In this document: one piece after another, positions 1 to 8,193 of the stretch
How positions within the stretch are numbered: position 1 is the stretch's first letter
How the letters are laid out: each line of letters opens with the position of its first letter
Source of the DNA: Alphaproteobacteria bacterium
GTDB taxonomy: Bacteria; Pseudomonadota; Alphaproteobacteria; Rs-D84
Length of the DNA: 64,000 bases
Reading direction: 5' to 3'
Assembly: GCA_031555055.1 (NCBI GenBank)
Contig: JAVBUT010000002.1
Location: 75,370-139,369, forward strand
The notes under the pieces: model-generated
The model's database searches: none
What the model was told of the DNA's origin: nothing
The model's input: the letters and a program-made list of their open reading frames with translations, nothing else
Program-made: the position numbers and the translations under genes

Positions 1-277
1 CTTGTTTCAGCATATTAAGAAAGTTCGCTTTTTTACCAATCGATTCAATTGCGATCACGTTCCAACCCAGTATCGCCAAAACCACCGCTGGGAATCCTGC
101 CCCGCTGCCCATATCGACAATCTGGACGTCACGTGGCAAAATATCCGCCAATTGCGCGGAATCATCAATATGCCGCGCCTGGATATCATCCAGCGTACTG
201 GGCGCGACCAGGTTCATGCGCACCGACCATTCGCGCAACAGATCAGCATATCTGGCAAATTTCTCTTTATTATTCAT
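1..277 (-). CDS. rsmG: 16S rRNA m7G527 methyltransferase RsmG (GidB), N-terminal part; 3' end lies outside the window
   Basis: Hand translation of the minus strand from ATG 277-275 gives MNNKEKFARYADLLREWSVRMNLVAPSTLDDIQARHIDDSAQLADILPRDVQIVDMGSGAGFPAVVLAILGWNVIAIES... It has the SAM-binding DxGSGAGFP motif. It is absent from the ORF track because it runs off the edge. Confidence 0.8.
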   Translation of the reverse strand, partial: MNNKEKFARYADLLREWSVRMNLVAPSTLDDIQARHIDDSAQLADILPRDVQIVDMGSGAGFPAVVLAILGWNVIAIESIGKKANFLNMLKQ

Positions 278-338
278 GGTCTTTATTGTAACATAGCAAA
301 TACGAATTAGCAAAAAAATTACCAAGCGATAATAAACC

Positions 339-1952
339 ATGAAACATATAGAAAAATTATTTATCGGTATTGGCCTATTCTCGGTTATTTGCATCACAGG
401 CGCCGCGATATGGCAATCCACATCGTCGTCGCACAAAGACGGCCATGTGTATCCTGCGAACAAATACGGTGCATTCCTGGCGGCCCAGCATGCAATATAT
501 GTAAACGATTTCGACAGCGCGTCCAAGTTTGCAAAATCGTTCCAGGACCGCGATCTGCCAATTATAAAAAACACCCTAGTGCTGTCCGATTTTCTGACCG
601 GTCGGTTGCCTGATGATCCCGCACTGGCCAAGGCTGACAGTTCGGCACCAATGCAGCTGATAAACGATGCCTATTCTATCCTGGAAAACGATTGGGCGGC
701 GGTATACGCGCGCCACAAGAAAGACGAATCCACACTGGCCGCACCACTGCGCATATGGTCCGGTGTTGCCACCGGCAAATCGGCCGATGTGTTGAAATTC
801 GTGGATTCTATGGCGACAAACGATTCTTGGAAACACTTTGTTCGCGGGATGATTTATGCCGAAACTGCTAAGCCGGCCGCGGCCGCGAAAGAATTCGCCC
901 AGGTTAAAACCGATTTTTTAAATATCAACGACTATCTGTATCTTATCGCGTTTTATAACGAGCATGACATGGTTGAAAAATCGACCAAACTGCTGACGGA
1001 ATTTACCGAAAAACCGGGCGGAATGTTCATGCTGGATTCGATCATCGCGCCAAAATGGTCCGATTATTCCGGATATAACCACGCACTGACGTTCAGTTTG
1101 GTCCAAAGCGTGTCGCACACCCAGGTAATGCTGTTTTCAGACCTGTCGCTGCTGCTGTTGCGCTTTGCGGAAATAGTGCAGGGCGATAAAACCGCCCAGA
1201 ATGATGCGATCAATTATTATCTGGGCCAGTATTTCTTTAACAACGGCGGCGATTATAAAAAATTCTTTGACGCGATCGATCCGTTAAGCCCGTTTTATCC
1301 GTTCAGCGTTATGAAAACCGCCGAAAAAAGCGGCAAAATCAGCGAGCTGGAACGCGCGACACGCGCGAACCCGCTGTTCGTTCCTGCAATAACAAAACTG
1401 GTTGCGAAATATATCCAGTCCGGCGACCAGAACAAGGCTATACGCGTCGTTAATCGCGCGCTGGATAACAAAAATTTAACCGAAGCAGGCCGGTCGTTTT
1501 TCCTGAAAACACGCGCCCAGATTCATATGACGTTCGGCGATCTTGACGCGGCCCAGGACGACATCCGTGCCGCCGCAGACATTCTGCCGATGGATGCCGG
1601 CATTCTGGCGATCCAGTCGCGCATATGGTCGGGCCAGGGACGCGAACTGGACACTGCATACGAATACGCAATCGCACTGGTGCATAAAAACCCTGCAGAT
1701 GTAGAGCTGTGGGATGTTTTGGGATTGGCTGTCGCCGCGCGCGAAGGCCCCCAGGCCGGACTGGATATCATAGAACGCGTCGGCCAAATATCATACACAT
1801 GTTCGTCTTTGTTCGAACATTTGGGCGATCTGTATGCGGAAATCGGCAATGAAAAACAGGCGCGCGACGCATATTTGCGCGCGATCGATCTGTCCGACGA
1901 CGGCCTGAGCATAGTACCGGTTCTGGAACGTAAATTAAAGAGGTTGAAATGA
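339..1952 (+). CDS. membrane-anchored or secreted TPR-like repeat protein
   Basis: 537-aa ORF with an N-terminal hydrophobic segment (LFIGIGLFSVICITGAAIW). The C-terminal half has TPR-like helical repeats (ELWDVLGLAVAAREG..., LGDLYAEIGNEKQARDAYLRAIDL). Its stop overlaps the gpsA start (ATGA). Confidence 0.5.
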   Translation: MKHIEKLFIGIGLFSVICITGAAIWQSTSSSHKDGHVYPANKYGAFLAAQHAIYVNDFDSASKFAKSFQDRDLPIIKNTLVLSDFLTGRLPDDPALAKADSSAPMQLINDAYSILENDWAAVYARHKKDESTLAAPLRIWSGVATGKSADVLKFVDSMATNDSWKHFVRGMIYAETAKPAAAAKEFAQVKTDFLNINDYLYLIAFYNEHDMVEKSTKLLTEFTEKPGGMFMLDSIIAPKWSDYSGYNHALTFSLVQSVSHTQVMLFSDLSLLLLRFAEIVQGDKTAQNDAINYYLGQYFFNNGGDYKKFFDAIDPLSPFYPFSVMKTAEKSGKISELERATRANPLFVPAITKLVAKYIQSGDQNKAIRVVNRALDNKNLTEAGRSFFLKTRAQIHMTFGDLDAAQDDIRAAADILPMDAGILAIQSRIWSGQGRELDTAYEYAIALVHKNPADVELWDVLGLAVAAREGPQAGLDIIERVGQISYTCSSLFEHLGDLYAEIGNEKQARDAYLRAIDLSDDGLSIVPVLERKLKRLK

Positions 1953-2818
1953 GTATGCGCGTTGGAATAATCGGGACTGGCGCATGGGGGACGGCGCTTG
2001 CAATATCATCGGCGCGCGCAAAAAACATTGTGACGTTGTGGTCATTTGACGGCCAGATGGCCAGTTTTGACGGTGTAAAAATACCGAAAAATATTACTGT
2101 GACCCGCGATATGGCCGATTTGAAAAACACAGATGTTTGGCTGATTGTCACCCCAGCGGCATATTTTCGCGAAACAGTTCAAAAAAGCCGGCTTTTTTAT
2201 AAAAAACAACCGGTAATAATATGCACCAAAGGGATCGAATCTGTAACCAACAAACTGATGTCCGAAGTGCTGATGGACGAATTGCCGGAATGCCTAAACT
2301 ATGGCGTCCTGTCGGGCCCACAATTCGCGGGCGAAGTCGCGTCCGGTGTCCCAACCGGCAGCACGTTGGCCGGAACGAAACGCGCGCGCCGGGCAGGGCA
2401 TACGGCATTGTCCGAATTGCATCTGCATGATTCCGACGATGTTATCGGCGCCGAAATATGCGGCGTTGGCAAGAACGCGGTCGCGTTGATATCCGGATAC
2501 TGCAGCATTGCGGGACGCGGCGAAAACGAAAAAGCGATGATATTCACGCGCGCATGGAACGAAGTCGTAAAATTCGGATTGTCCGGTGGTGCGAAAACCG
2601 AAACGTTTTTGGACCTGTGCGGAATAGGGGACTTGTTCCTGTCGGCAACATCACCAACCAGCCGCAATTATTCCGCCGGTGTCGCAATAGCCCAGAAAAC
2701 GAAAATCGTCGGCACAGTCGAAGGAATAAACGCATTAATCGGTCTGACACATCGCGCGGCCAAGAAAAAAATCAAAACACCAATTTTGACCGAGATGTTA
2801 AATCGTTTAAAAGTATAA
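1949..2818 (+). CDS. gpsA: NAD(P)H-dependent glycerol-3-phosphate dehydrogenase
   Basis: N-terminal Rossmann motif MRVGIIGTGAWGTALA and a GpsA-like core (ICTKGIE, LSGPQFAGEVA, GVGKNAVAL). At 289 aa it is somewhat short. Confidence 0.8.
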   Translation: MSMRVGIIGTGAWGTALAISSARAKNIVTLWSFDGQMASFDGVKIPKNITVTRDMADLKNTDVWLIVTPAAYFRETVQKSRLFYKKQPVIICTKGIESVTNKLMSEVLMDELPECLNYGVLSGPQFAGEVASGVPTGSTLAGTKRARRAGHTALSELHLHDSDDVIGAEICGVGKNAVALISGYCSIAGRGENEKAMIFTRAWNEVVKFGLSGGAKTETFLDLCGIGDLFLSATSPTSRNYSAGVAIAQKTKIVGTVEGINALIGLTHRAAKKKIKTPILTEMLNRLKV

Positions 2819-2953
2819 AAATCAAAAATACGCAAAAAAGCCGGCTTTGGAAAAATAAATCAATTCAATAAAATACCGGCCATTTCATATGAAATTGTTT
2901 ATTTTACCGGCCTTTTTGTGGTATTTTGCATAACAATACTATAAATCGCCTAT

Positions 2954-2980
2954 AAAACGGGCCCATTTTGGGCCCGTTTT
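2954..2980. terminator. bidirectional rho-independent terminator between convergent genes
   Basis: aaaacgggccc-atttt-gggcccgtttt is a perfect GC-rich stem flanked by A and T runs. Confidence 0.6.
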
Positions 2981-3008
2981 ATAAAATTACCGGTGTTTTG
3001 ATCGTTTT

Positions 3009-3464
3009 TTATAATGAATAATAACAAGGGGGTGTTGCATATTCCCAAGCCCCATTCCCATCTGATCCGGTTATCGTCAATGTATAACAACTGGTTATTT
3101 GCGTACCGTTACCACCGGCAGACATGCCACCGGATGGACACGCCGCACATCCGGTCACACCATTTGTTGTGGTACCATAATACCCAGGGGCGCACCTGTA
3201 CTCTGTGCTTGAATTACATATGTTACAATTGCATGTTCGCGCTGTCCTGGATTGGTATCCCGCGCCCAGATTCGCCCATGACGTACTGGTGCAATCAGTG
3301 CATCCAGTACAGGCCAGACAATTACGATTCGACAGGTAATATCCGGCGTTACAGTTTTTGTAATAACTTTGGCCGCACAACGATGCACCATACGCGATCA
3401 CAGGCATTGTGAAAATCAGTAAAAAAACAGACAGTTTTTTTAGCACTGCGCCGGCTCCTCGCAA
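3009..3464 (-). CDS. small secreted cysteine-rich protein (14 Cys)
   Basis: Signal-like KKLSVFLLIFTMPVIAYGA precedes C-x2-C clusters and GYY motifs (CNAGYYLSNRNCLACTGCTDC, CAPGYYGTTTNGVTGCAACPSGG). The track start at 3464 is TTG. GTG at 3446 is an alternative that overlaps the upstream stop by a few nt. Confidence 0.55.
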   Translation of the reverse strand: MRGAGAVLKKLSVFLLIFTMPVIAYGASLCGQSYYKNCNAGYYLSNRNCLACTGCTDCTSTSWANLGAGYQSRTARTCNCNICNSSTEYRCAPGYYGTTTNGVTGCAACPSGGMSAGGNGTQITSCYTLTITGSDGNGAWEYATPPCYYSL

Positions 3465-3724
3465 TTATGGCCACCATCATCGCATACCCATGTCGCCAGC
3501 CCATAACAAACAAGCGTACATATGGTACCTTTGGTATCCTGATGACAATCTTCTGTGGCGCAATATGGATATTCACAGTTTTCCTCGCCCGGCATAACCG
3601 ACTGGCCCAGGGGACATTCATAATGACCGGTCGACGCAAATCCTGGTCGTGAAAACACAATCACAAAAAGCACAAATGATACAATTGTAAAAACTTTCTT
3701 CACAATCACCCCCATAACATTCAA
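3440..3724 (-). CDS. small secreted cysteine-rich protein (9 Cys)
   Basis: The hydrophobic N-terminus VFTIVSFVLFVIVFSRPGFAS is followed by about 64 aa containing 9 Cys. It sits immediately upstream of, and overlaps, the 3009-3464 gene. Confidence 0.5.
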   Translation of the reverse strand: MNVMGVIVKKVFTIVSFVLFVIVFSRPGFASTGHYECPLGQSVMPGEENCEYPYCATEDCHQDTKGTICTLVCYGLATWVCDDGGHNCEEPAQC

Positions 3725-3758
3725 TTAATGATAGTATTATCCGCAAGCCCAACGCAAG

Positions 3759-3788
3759 AAAAAACGGCGTACGATTGTACGCCGTTTT
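3759..3788 (-). terminator. rho-independent terminator downstream of pal
   Basis: aaaaaacggcgtac-gatt-gtacgccgtttt lies directly after the pal stop on the minus strand. Confidence 0.6.
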
Positions 3789-3808
3789 CGATATCGAACA
3801 ATAAACTA

Positions 3809-4222
3809 TTATTTAACAGTTGTTGTCGCGTTACGGTTCTGTGCCCAGACTTCTTCGCCTGTGCCTTTGACGGCCGGACGTTCTTTGCCATAAGAAATGG
3901 TAGAGATACGTTTAGCTTCGACACCGTCGTTAACCATAACGGCCTTGGCTGCGTTTGCACGACGTGCGCCCAGTGCCAAGTTGTATTCTGTGGAACCACG
4001 TTCGTCACAGTTACCAGCGATCTGGATTTTGGTGTCCGCATGATTTTTCATGTACAAAGACTGGCCCAACAGATTATCGCGAGCTTCGCTGTGGATTTCG
4101 GAAGAATCAAAAGCAAAATATACTTTCTGATTGTTCATATCGGCCGGTTCAACGATGTTTGAACCACCGCAAGCAGCCAGAGCCAATACGCCAGCCAACA
4201 TTGCATAGTTTTTAATTTTCAT
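3809..4222 (-). CDS. pal: peptidoglycan-associated lipoprotein (OmpA-like domain)
   Basis: Lipobox LALAAC-GG, then an OmpA/Pal C-terminal domain (VYFAFDSSEI, GNCDERGSTEYNLALGARRA). Confidence 0.85.
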   Translation of the reverse strand: MKIKNYAMLAGVLALAACGGSNIVEPADMNNQKVYFAFDSSEIHSEARDNLLGQSLYMKNHADTKIQIAGNCDERGSTEYNLALGARRANAAKAVMVNDGVEAKRISTISYGKERPAVKGTGEEVWAQNRNATTTVK

Positions 4223-4300
4223 GGAAATACTCCCTTGTATTTTTGTTGCTCAGGTACTAGTGTATACCAAAATATCATAAGAATCAAGAGAAATCGGGAA

Positions 4301-5053
4301 ATGGGATTAAATTCGTTACACGACTTGCATTTGGCTGGCGTAAAGTGGGAACTGGCTGAAAATCCGCATGTTTGCGACGCCACAAAACATTCGGAAAAAA
4401 CGGCGCCCGGAACACCGTCGTTGGGCATTCCGTCAATTTCAGAATCGTCCATAATTCCGGCGATCGCACCAATGACGATCGCAATGGCCCAAGATTCTGC
4501 CGCGCACGCCGCGGACCTGTCGGCGCTGACCAACGCCATAATTGATTTCAAGCATCCGTTAAAACAATTTGCAAAAAACACCGTGCGACCCACATTCTCC
4601 AGTGATTCGAAATTGCTGATTATAACCGACGCACCGTCCGGCGATGATGATGAATGCGGTAATATTCTGTGCGGGGCGGGCGGCGATCTGTTGGACAAGA
4701 TGTTGAATGCCATCGGATTGTCACGCGATAATGTCTCGATCATACCGATGATATTCTGGCGGACGCCGGGCGGACGCGGCGCCACGCGTGAAGAACTGGA
4801 CCTGGCGCGACCATTCGTTGCGCGCGCGATCGAATTACTGGCGCCGCGTGCGATACTGACACTGGGGACGCTGGCCGCACTGGAGATTGCCGGTGCAAAA
4901 TTACCAAAGCAGCACGGTGAATTTGTTGAACGCAGCGGAATGGCGCCAGTTGTTCCGATTTATCATCCGAATTACCTGTTGCTGAAACCGGACGCAAAGC
5001 GCGATGTTTGGAACGCACTGCAAAGCATGCAAAATTTCTTGAAAAACCCATAA
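4301..5053 (+). CDS. uracil-DNA glycosylase superfamily protein (family 4/5-like)
   Basis: LLIITDAPSGDDDE...G..G.LLDKML.AIGL and a C-terminal IYHPNYLL motif resemble family-4 UDGs, although the first motif deviates from GE(A/G)PG. I prefer ATG 4301 to the track start 4235, which would abut the divergent pal start. Confidence 0.6.
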   Translation: MGLNSLHDLHLAGVKWELAENPHVCDATKHSEKTAPGTPSLGIPSISESSIIPAIAPMTIAMAQDSAAHAADLSALTNAIIDFKHPLKQFAKNTVRPTFSSDSKLLIITDAPSGDDDECGNILCGAGGDLLDKMLNAIGLSRDNVSIIPMIFWRTPGGRGATREELDLARPFVARAIELLAPRAILTLGTLAALEIAGAKLPKQHGEFVERSGMAPVVPIYHPNYLLLKPDAKRDVWNALQSMQNFLKNP

Positions 5054-5096
5054 AAATGTTTAATAATCTGCACATAAGCTTATAAAGGAGCATACA

Positions 5097-5645
5097 ATTA
5101 GACCGCCAGTACAACGTGATAACCGCAGGGATTTAGGTCCCCGCATGAACAATAAAATTTTCGCCAAAAGCGTCCAGGTGATTTCTGATACCGGCGCAAA
5201 TCTGGGCATTATGCCAACGCCCCAGGCGCTGTCTATGGCGATGGATGCGGGCTTGGACCTGGTTGAAATCAATGCAACCAACGTGCCGCCGATCGTCAAG
5301 ATCATGGATTACGGCAAGTTCAAATACGATCAGAAAAAACGCGCGAATGAAGCGCGCAAGAACCAGAAAACCACCGAAATGAAGGAAGTCTGGATAAAGC
5401 CGTTTATCGAAGAAAACGATCTGAACGTCAAAATGAAAAAGGTTTTCGAATTCCTGGGCGAAGGCGACAAGGTCAAGATTTCCGTCATGACCAAAGGATC
5501 GAAAAAGGTTTTGGCGCGCGGCAAAGACGCGGTTCCCGAACTGTTTGCACGGGTTATTGAAATCATCGGCGATCATGGAAACTTGGAATCCAAATCAAAG
5601 CCTGATGAACGAACAAAATCGATCATCATCGCACCTGCAAAGTAA
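5097..5645 (+). CDS. infC: translation initiation factor IF-3, probable ATT start
   Basis: The IF-3 core is clear (GIMPTPQALSMAMDAGLDLVEI, PPIVKIMDYGKFKY). In-frame upstream of the track ATG (5145) the frame reads IRPPVQRDNRRDLGPR, like alphaproteobacterial IF-3 N-termini. ATT at 5097 follows AGGAG (5086-5090) by 6 nt. Confidence 0.8.
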   Translation: MRPPVQRDNRRDLGPRMNNKIFAKSVQVISDTGANLGIMPTPQALSMAMDAGLDLVEINATNVPPIVKIMDYGKFKYDQKKRANEARKNQKTTEMKEVWIKPFIEENDLNVKMKKVFEFLGEGDKVKISVMTKGSKKVLARGKDAVPELFARVIEIIGDHGNLESKSKPDERTKSIIIAPAK

Positions 5646-5648
5646 AAA

Positions 5649-5671
5649 ATCCGGCAACTGCCGGATTGTTT
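5649..5671 (+). terminator. hairpin after infC
   Basis: atccggc-aact-gccggat followed by a weak T tract (tgttta). Confidence 0.45.
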
Positions 5672-5722
5672 ATCATATTTTATTTGCAAATGTTTTTTGG
5701 TTTGTTATAATTCGGCGCACAT

Positions 5723-5799
5723 GGGTGTGTAGCTCAGTTGGTTAGAGCGTTACGTTGACATCGTAAAGGTCGTCGGTTCGAGTCCAATCACACCCACCA
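5723..5799 (+). tRNA. tRNA-Val (anticodon GAC)
   Basis: Hand-folded cloverleaf. The acceptor GGGTGTG/CACACCC is followed by ACCA. The D arm is GCTC..GAGC and the anticodon arm is TTACG-TTGACAT-CGTAA. The T loop is TTCGAGT, with one C-A mismatch in the T stem by my fold. Confidence 0.85.
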
Positions 5800-5805
5800 G
5801 ATTAA

Positions 5806-5868
5806 TTTATGATTTCTGATTTACGATTTAATAAAAAAATCAGAAATCAGCAATCATAAATCAGAAAT
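5806..5868. repeat. imperfect hairpin built from 7-nt units (TGATTTN / AATCAGA family) abutting the metG start
   Basis: The left arm is tttatgatttctgatttacgattt. The right arm is aaatcagaaatcagcaatcataaatcagaaat and runs directly into ATG 5869. Confidence 0.85.
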
Positions 5869-7884
5869 ATGAATAACAAATTTTTAATCACATCTGCACT
5901 GCCGTACGTTAACAACGTCTTGCATATCGGACATCTGATCGGTTGCTGGCTGCCATCGGACGTATATGCGCGCTTTTGCCGCAGCATGGGTCGCGATGTC
6001 TTGTTTATATGCGGCGCAGACGAATATGGAACCACCAGCGAAATTGGTGCACTGAAAGAAGGCATGCCCGTCGAAGAATACGTTGACAAGTATCGCACAG
6101 AACACGAAAAATCTGTTCGGGATTTTAATTTGTCATTTGATCTGTACGGGCGCACGCATACAGAACTACATACAAAACTGGTACAATCATTATTCACGCG
6201 TCTGGACGAAGAGGGGTTGATTGAAGAACGTACATCAATTCAACCATATTCAGTAAAAGACAAAATGTTTCTGGCCGATCGGTTTGTTATCGGCACATGC
6301 CCGAAATGCGGGTATGACAATGCGTACGGCAACGAATGTGGCCAGTGCGGCACAACACTGGACCCTGGTGATCTGATCAGTCCGCACAGTGCCGTGAACG
6401 CTGATTCTCCGGTCGAAATGCGCGAAACAAAACATCTGTACATCAAACTGTCCGCTATGCAGGACAAATTGCGCGCATGGATAGACTCACGCGTCGGCTG
6501 GCCAAAAACCGCGCTGACTATTGCGAACAAATGGCTGGACGAAGGGCTGCGCGATACGCCGATTACACGCGATCTCAAATGGGGTATTCCGGTAAACAAG
6601 CCAGGGTACGAGAATAAGGTTTTCTATGTGTGGTTTGATGCGCCGTGGGGATATGTTTCAATTTCACAGGCTGCCACCAAAGACTGGGAATCATGGTGGA
6701 AAAATCCAGACTGCCACTACAGACAATTTATGGGCAAAGATAATGTTGCATTCCACGCCGTAACATTTCCATCGCAGCAATTGGCGATCAATGACGGATG
6801 GAAAATGGTCGATGTGCTAAAGGCTTTGAATTTTCTAAATTTCGAAGGCGCAAAAATATCAAAATCGACCGGCAATGGAATTTTCCTGAACGAGGCAATA
6901 AAAGACGCACCGGCGGACGCGTGGCGTTATGCATTAATGGCGTCCGCGCCGGAAACGGATGATACGGACTTTACTATCCAGCGCTTTGCCGATATTGTCA
7001 ACAAGGACCTGAACGGCATGCTGGGGAACTTTGTTTCGCGCGTATGCAAACTGACCGAAAAGAATTTCGGGAATCAGGTACCCGCAGGGGCGAATAATAT
7101 TCGTCCAAATCATCAGGGCGAATGTGATTCGCCCCTACAAAAATCAATCAATGAAAAATTATCGGAATTGACTGCTGCGCTGGACGCGTGCGAATTTCGA
7201 AACGCCGTATTCGCACTGCGCGGACTGTGGGCGATCGGCAACGAATTTATGACGGAAACAGCGCCATGGACGATGGTTAAAAATGGTGATATGGATGGCG
7301 CTGGGGCCGCATTAAACGAATGTTTTCAGCTGATCGATTTTTATGCACGCGTATCCGCACCGTTTATTCCGGACGCGGCGGGGAAAATGCTTCGCATTTT
7401 CAGGAATCAGGAACCAGGAATCAGTTGGCCAAGCGCGTACGAACGCCGCATTGCGGCCGGCACAGAATTTGTCGTACCTGAAAATCTTTTCGAAAGAATC
7501 GATGATGATAAAATTAAATTGTTAACCGAAAAATACGCGTCAAAGAAACTGGACGCGCCGAAAATTGTTACCGCGAAAATATTGACTGTGGACGCGCACC
7601 CGACCAAGGAAGGCCTGGCGGTTCTGACCGTGGACGCGGGCGATGAAAAACCGCTGACAATCGTCTGTGGCGCGCCGAATGTACGGCCGGGCTTTGTCGG
7701 CGTATTGGCACACGTTGGCGCGATTTTGCCCGGCCAGAAAAAGCCGATCACAAAACGCGCTGTCGCCGGCGTCGAAAGCCATGGCATGATGTGCAGCGCC
7801 GCAGAGCTGGGCGTCGGCCAGGACGGTGACAATATTTTGGAACTGGCCGGCGACAGTATGATCGGCGTAAAGTTTAACGCCTAG
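5869..7884 (+). CDS. metG: methionyl-tRNA synthetase with C-terminal tRNA-binding OB-fold domain
   Basis: HIGH-type motif (PYVNNVLHIGHL), Zn knuckles (CPKCG...CGQCG) and KMSKS-type motif (KISKSTGNG). The C-terminal roughly 105 aa form a tRNA_bind-type domain. Confidence 0.9.
   Translation: MNNKFLITSALPYVNNVLHIGHLIGCWLPSDVYARFCRSMGRDVLFICGADEYGTTSEIGALKEGMPVEEYVDKYRTEHEKSVRDFNLSFDLYGRTHTELHTKLVQSLFTRLDEEGLIEERTSIQPYSVKDKMFLADRFVIGTCPKCGYDNAYGNECGQCGTTLDPGDLISPHSAVNADSPVEMRETKHLYIKLSAMQDKLRAWIDSRVGWPKTALTIANKWLDEGLRDTPITRDLKWGIPVNKPGYENKVFYVWFDAPWGYVSISQAATKDWESWWKNPDCHYRQFMGKDNVAFHAVTFPSQQLAINDGWKMVDVLKALNFLNFEGAKISKSTGNGIFLNEAIKDAPADAWRYALMASAPETDDTDFTIQRFADIVNKDLNGMLGNFVSRVCKLTEKNFGNQVPAGANNIRPNHQGECDSPLQKSINEKLSELTAALDACEFRNAVFALRGLWAIGNEFMTETAPWTMVKNGDMDGAGAALNECFQLIDFYARVSAPFIPDAAGKMLRIFRNQEPGISWPSAYERRIAAGTEFVVPENLFERIDDDKIKLLTEKYASKKLDAPKIVTAKILTVDAHPTKEGLAVLTVDAGDEKPLTIVCGAPNVRPGFVGVLAHVGAILPGQKKPITKRAVAGVESHGMMCSAAELGVGQDGDNILELAGDSMIGVKFNA
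7401..7424 (+). repeat. 7-nt tandem array inside metG
   Basis: caggaat caggaac caggaat cag, translated in-frame as RNQEPGIS. Confidence 0.8.
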
Positions 7885-7890
7885 GTCAAC

Positions 7891-8193
7891 ATGAATCCGA
7901 AGATTTTGCAAATTTACTTGTCGCACGCAAACGTCACATACGCGCCGATATACGGCGAAACATTGTCATGCGCGGATTGCACAAATCTGGGCATTTGCGA
8001 AAAAGATCGATATCTGTTTATGCCGAATTGCGCGGTTGCGAATTTTATTATGGAACGTGTTCCCGGCAACATCAGGTATAACGAAGGCGCACGCACCATG
8101 ATCGTGTCATACCGCGAACCGCGAACGCGACTGACAACGTTGCAGCACGCCGTCGATACAGCAAAACAGCAATTTTTTGCGAAAATGAAATGA
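7891..8193 (+). CDS. hypothetical protein
   Basis: 100-aa ORF filling the metG-queH gap. Its stop overlaps the queH start (ATGA). I recognise no motif. Confidence 0.4.
   Translation: MNPKILQIYLSHANVTYAPIYGETLSCADCTNLGICEKDRYLFMPNCAVANFIMERVPGNIRYNEGARTMIVSYREPRTRLTTLQHAVDTAKQQFFAKMK

Noticed and set aside
2-310. Plus-strand ORFs at the left edge of the window
   Set aside because: The minus strand here encodes a clear RsmG N-terminus with the SAM-binding motif, so the plus-strand frames are shadows.
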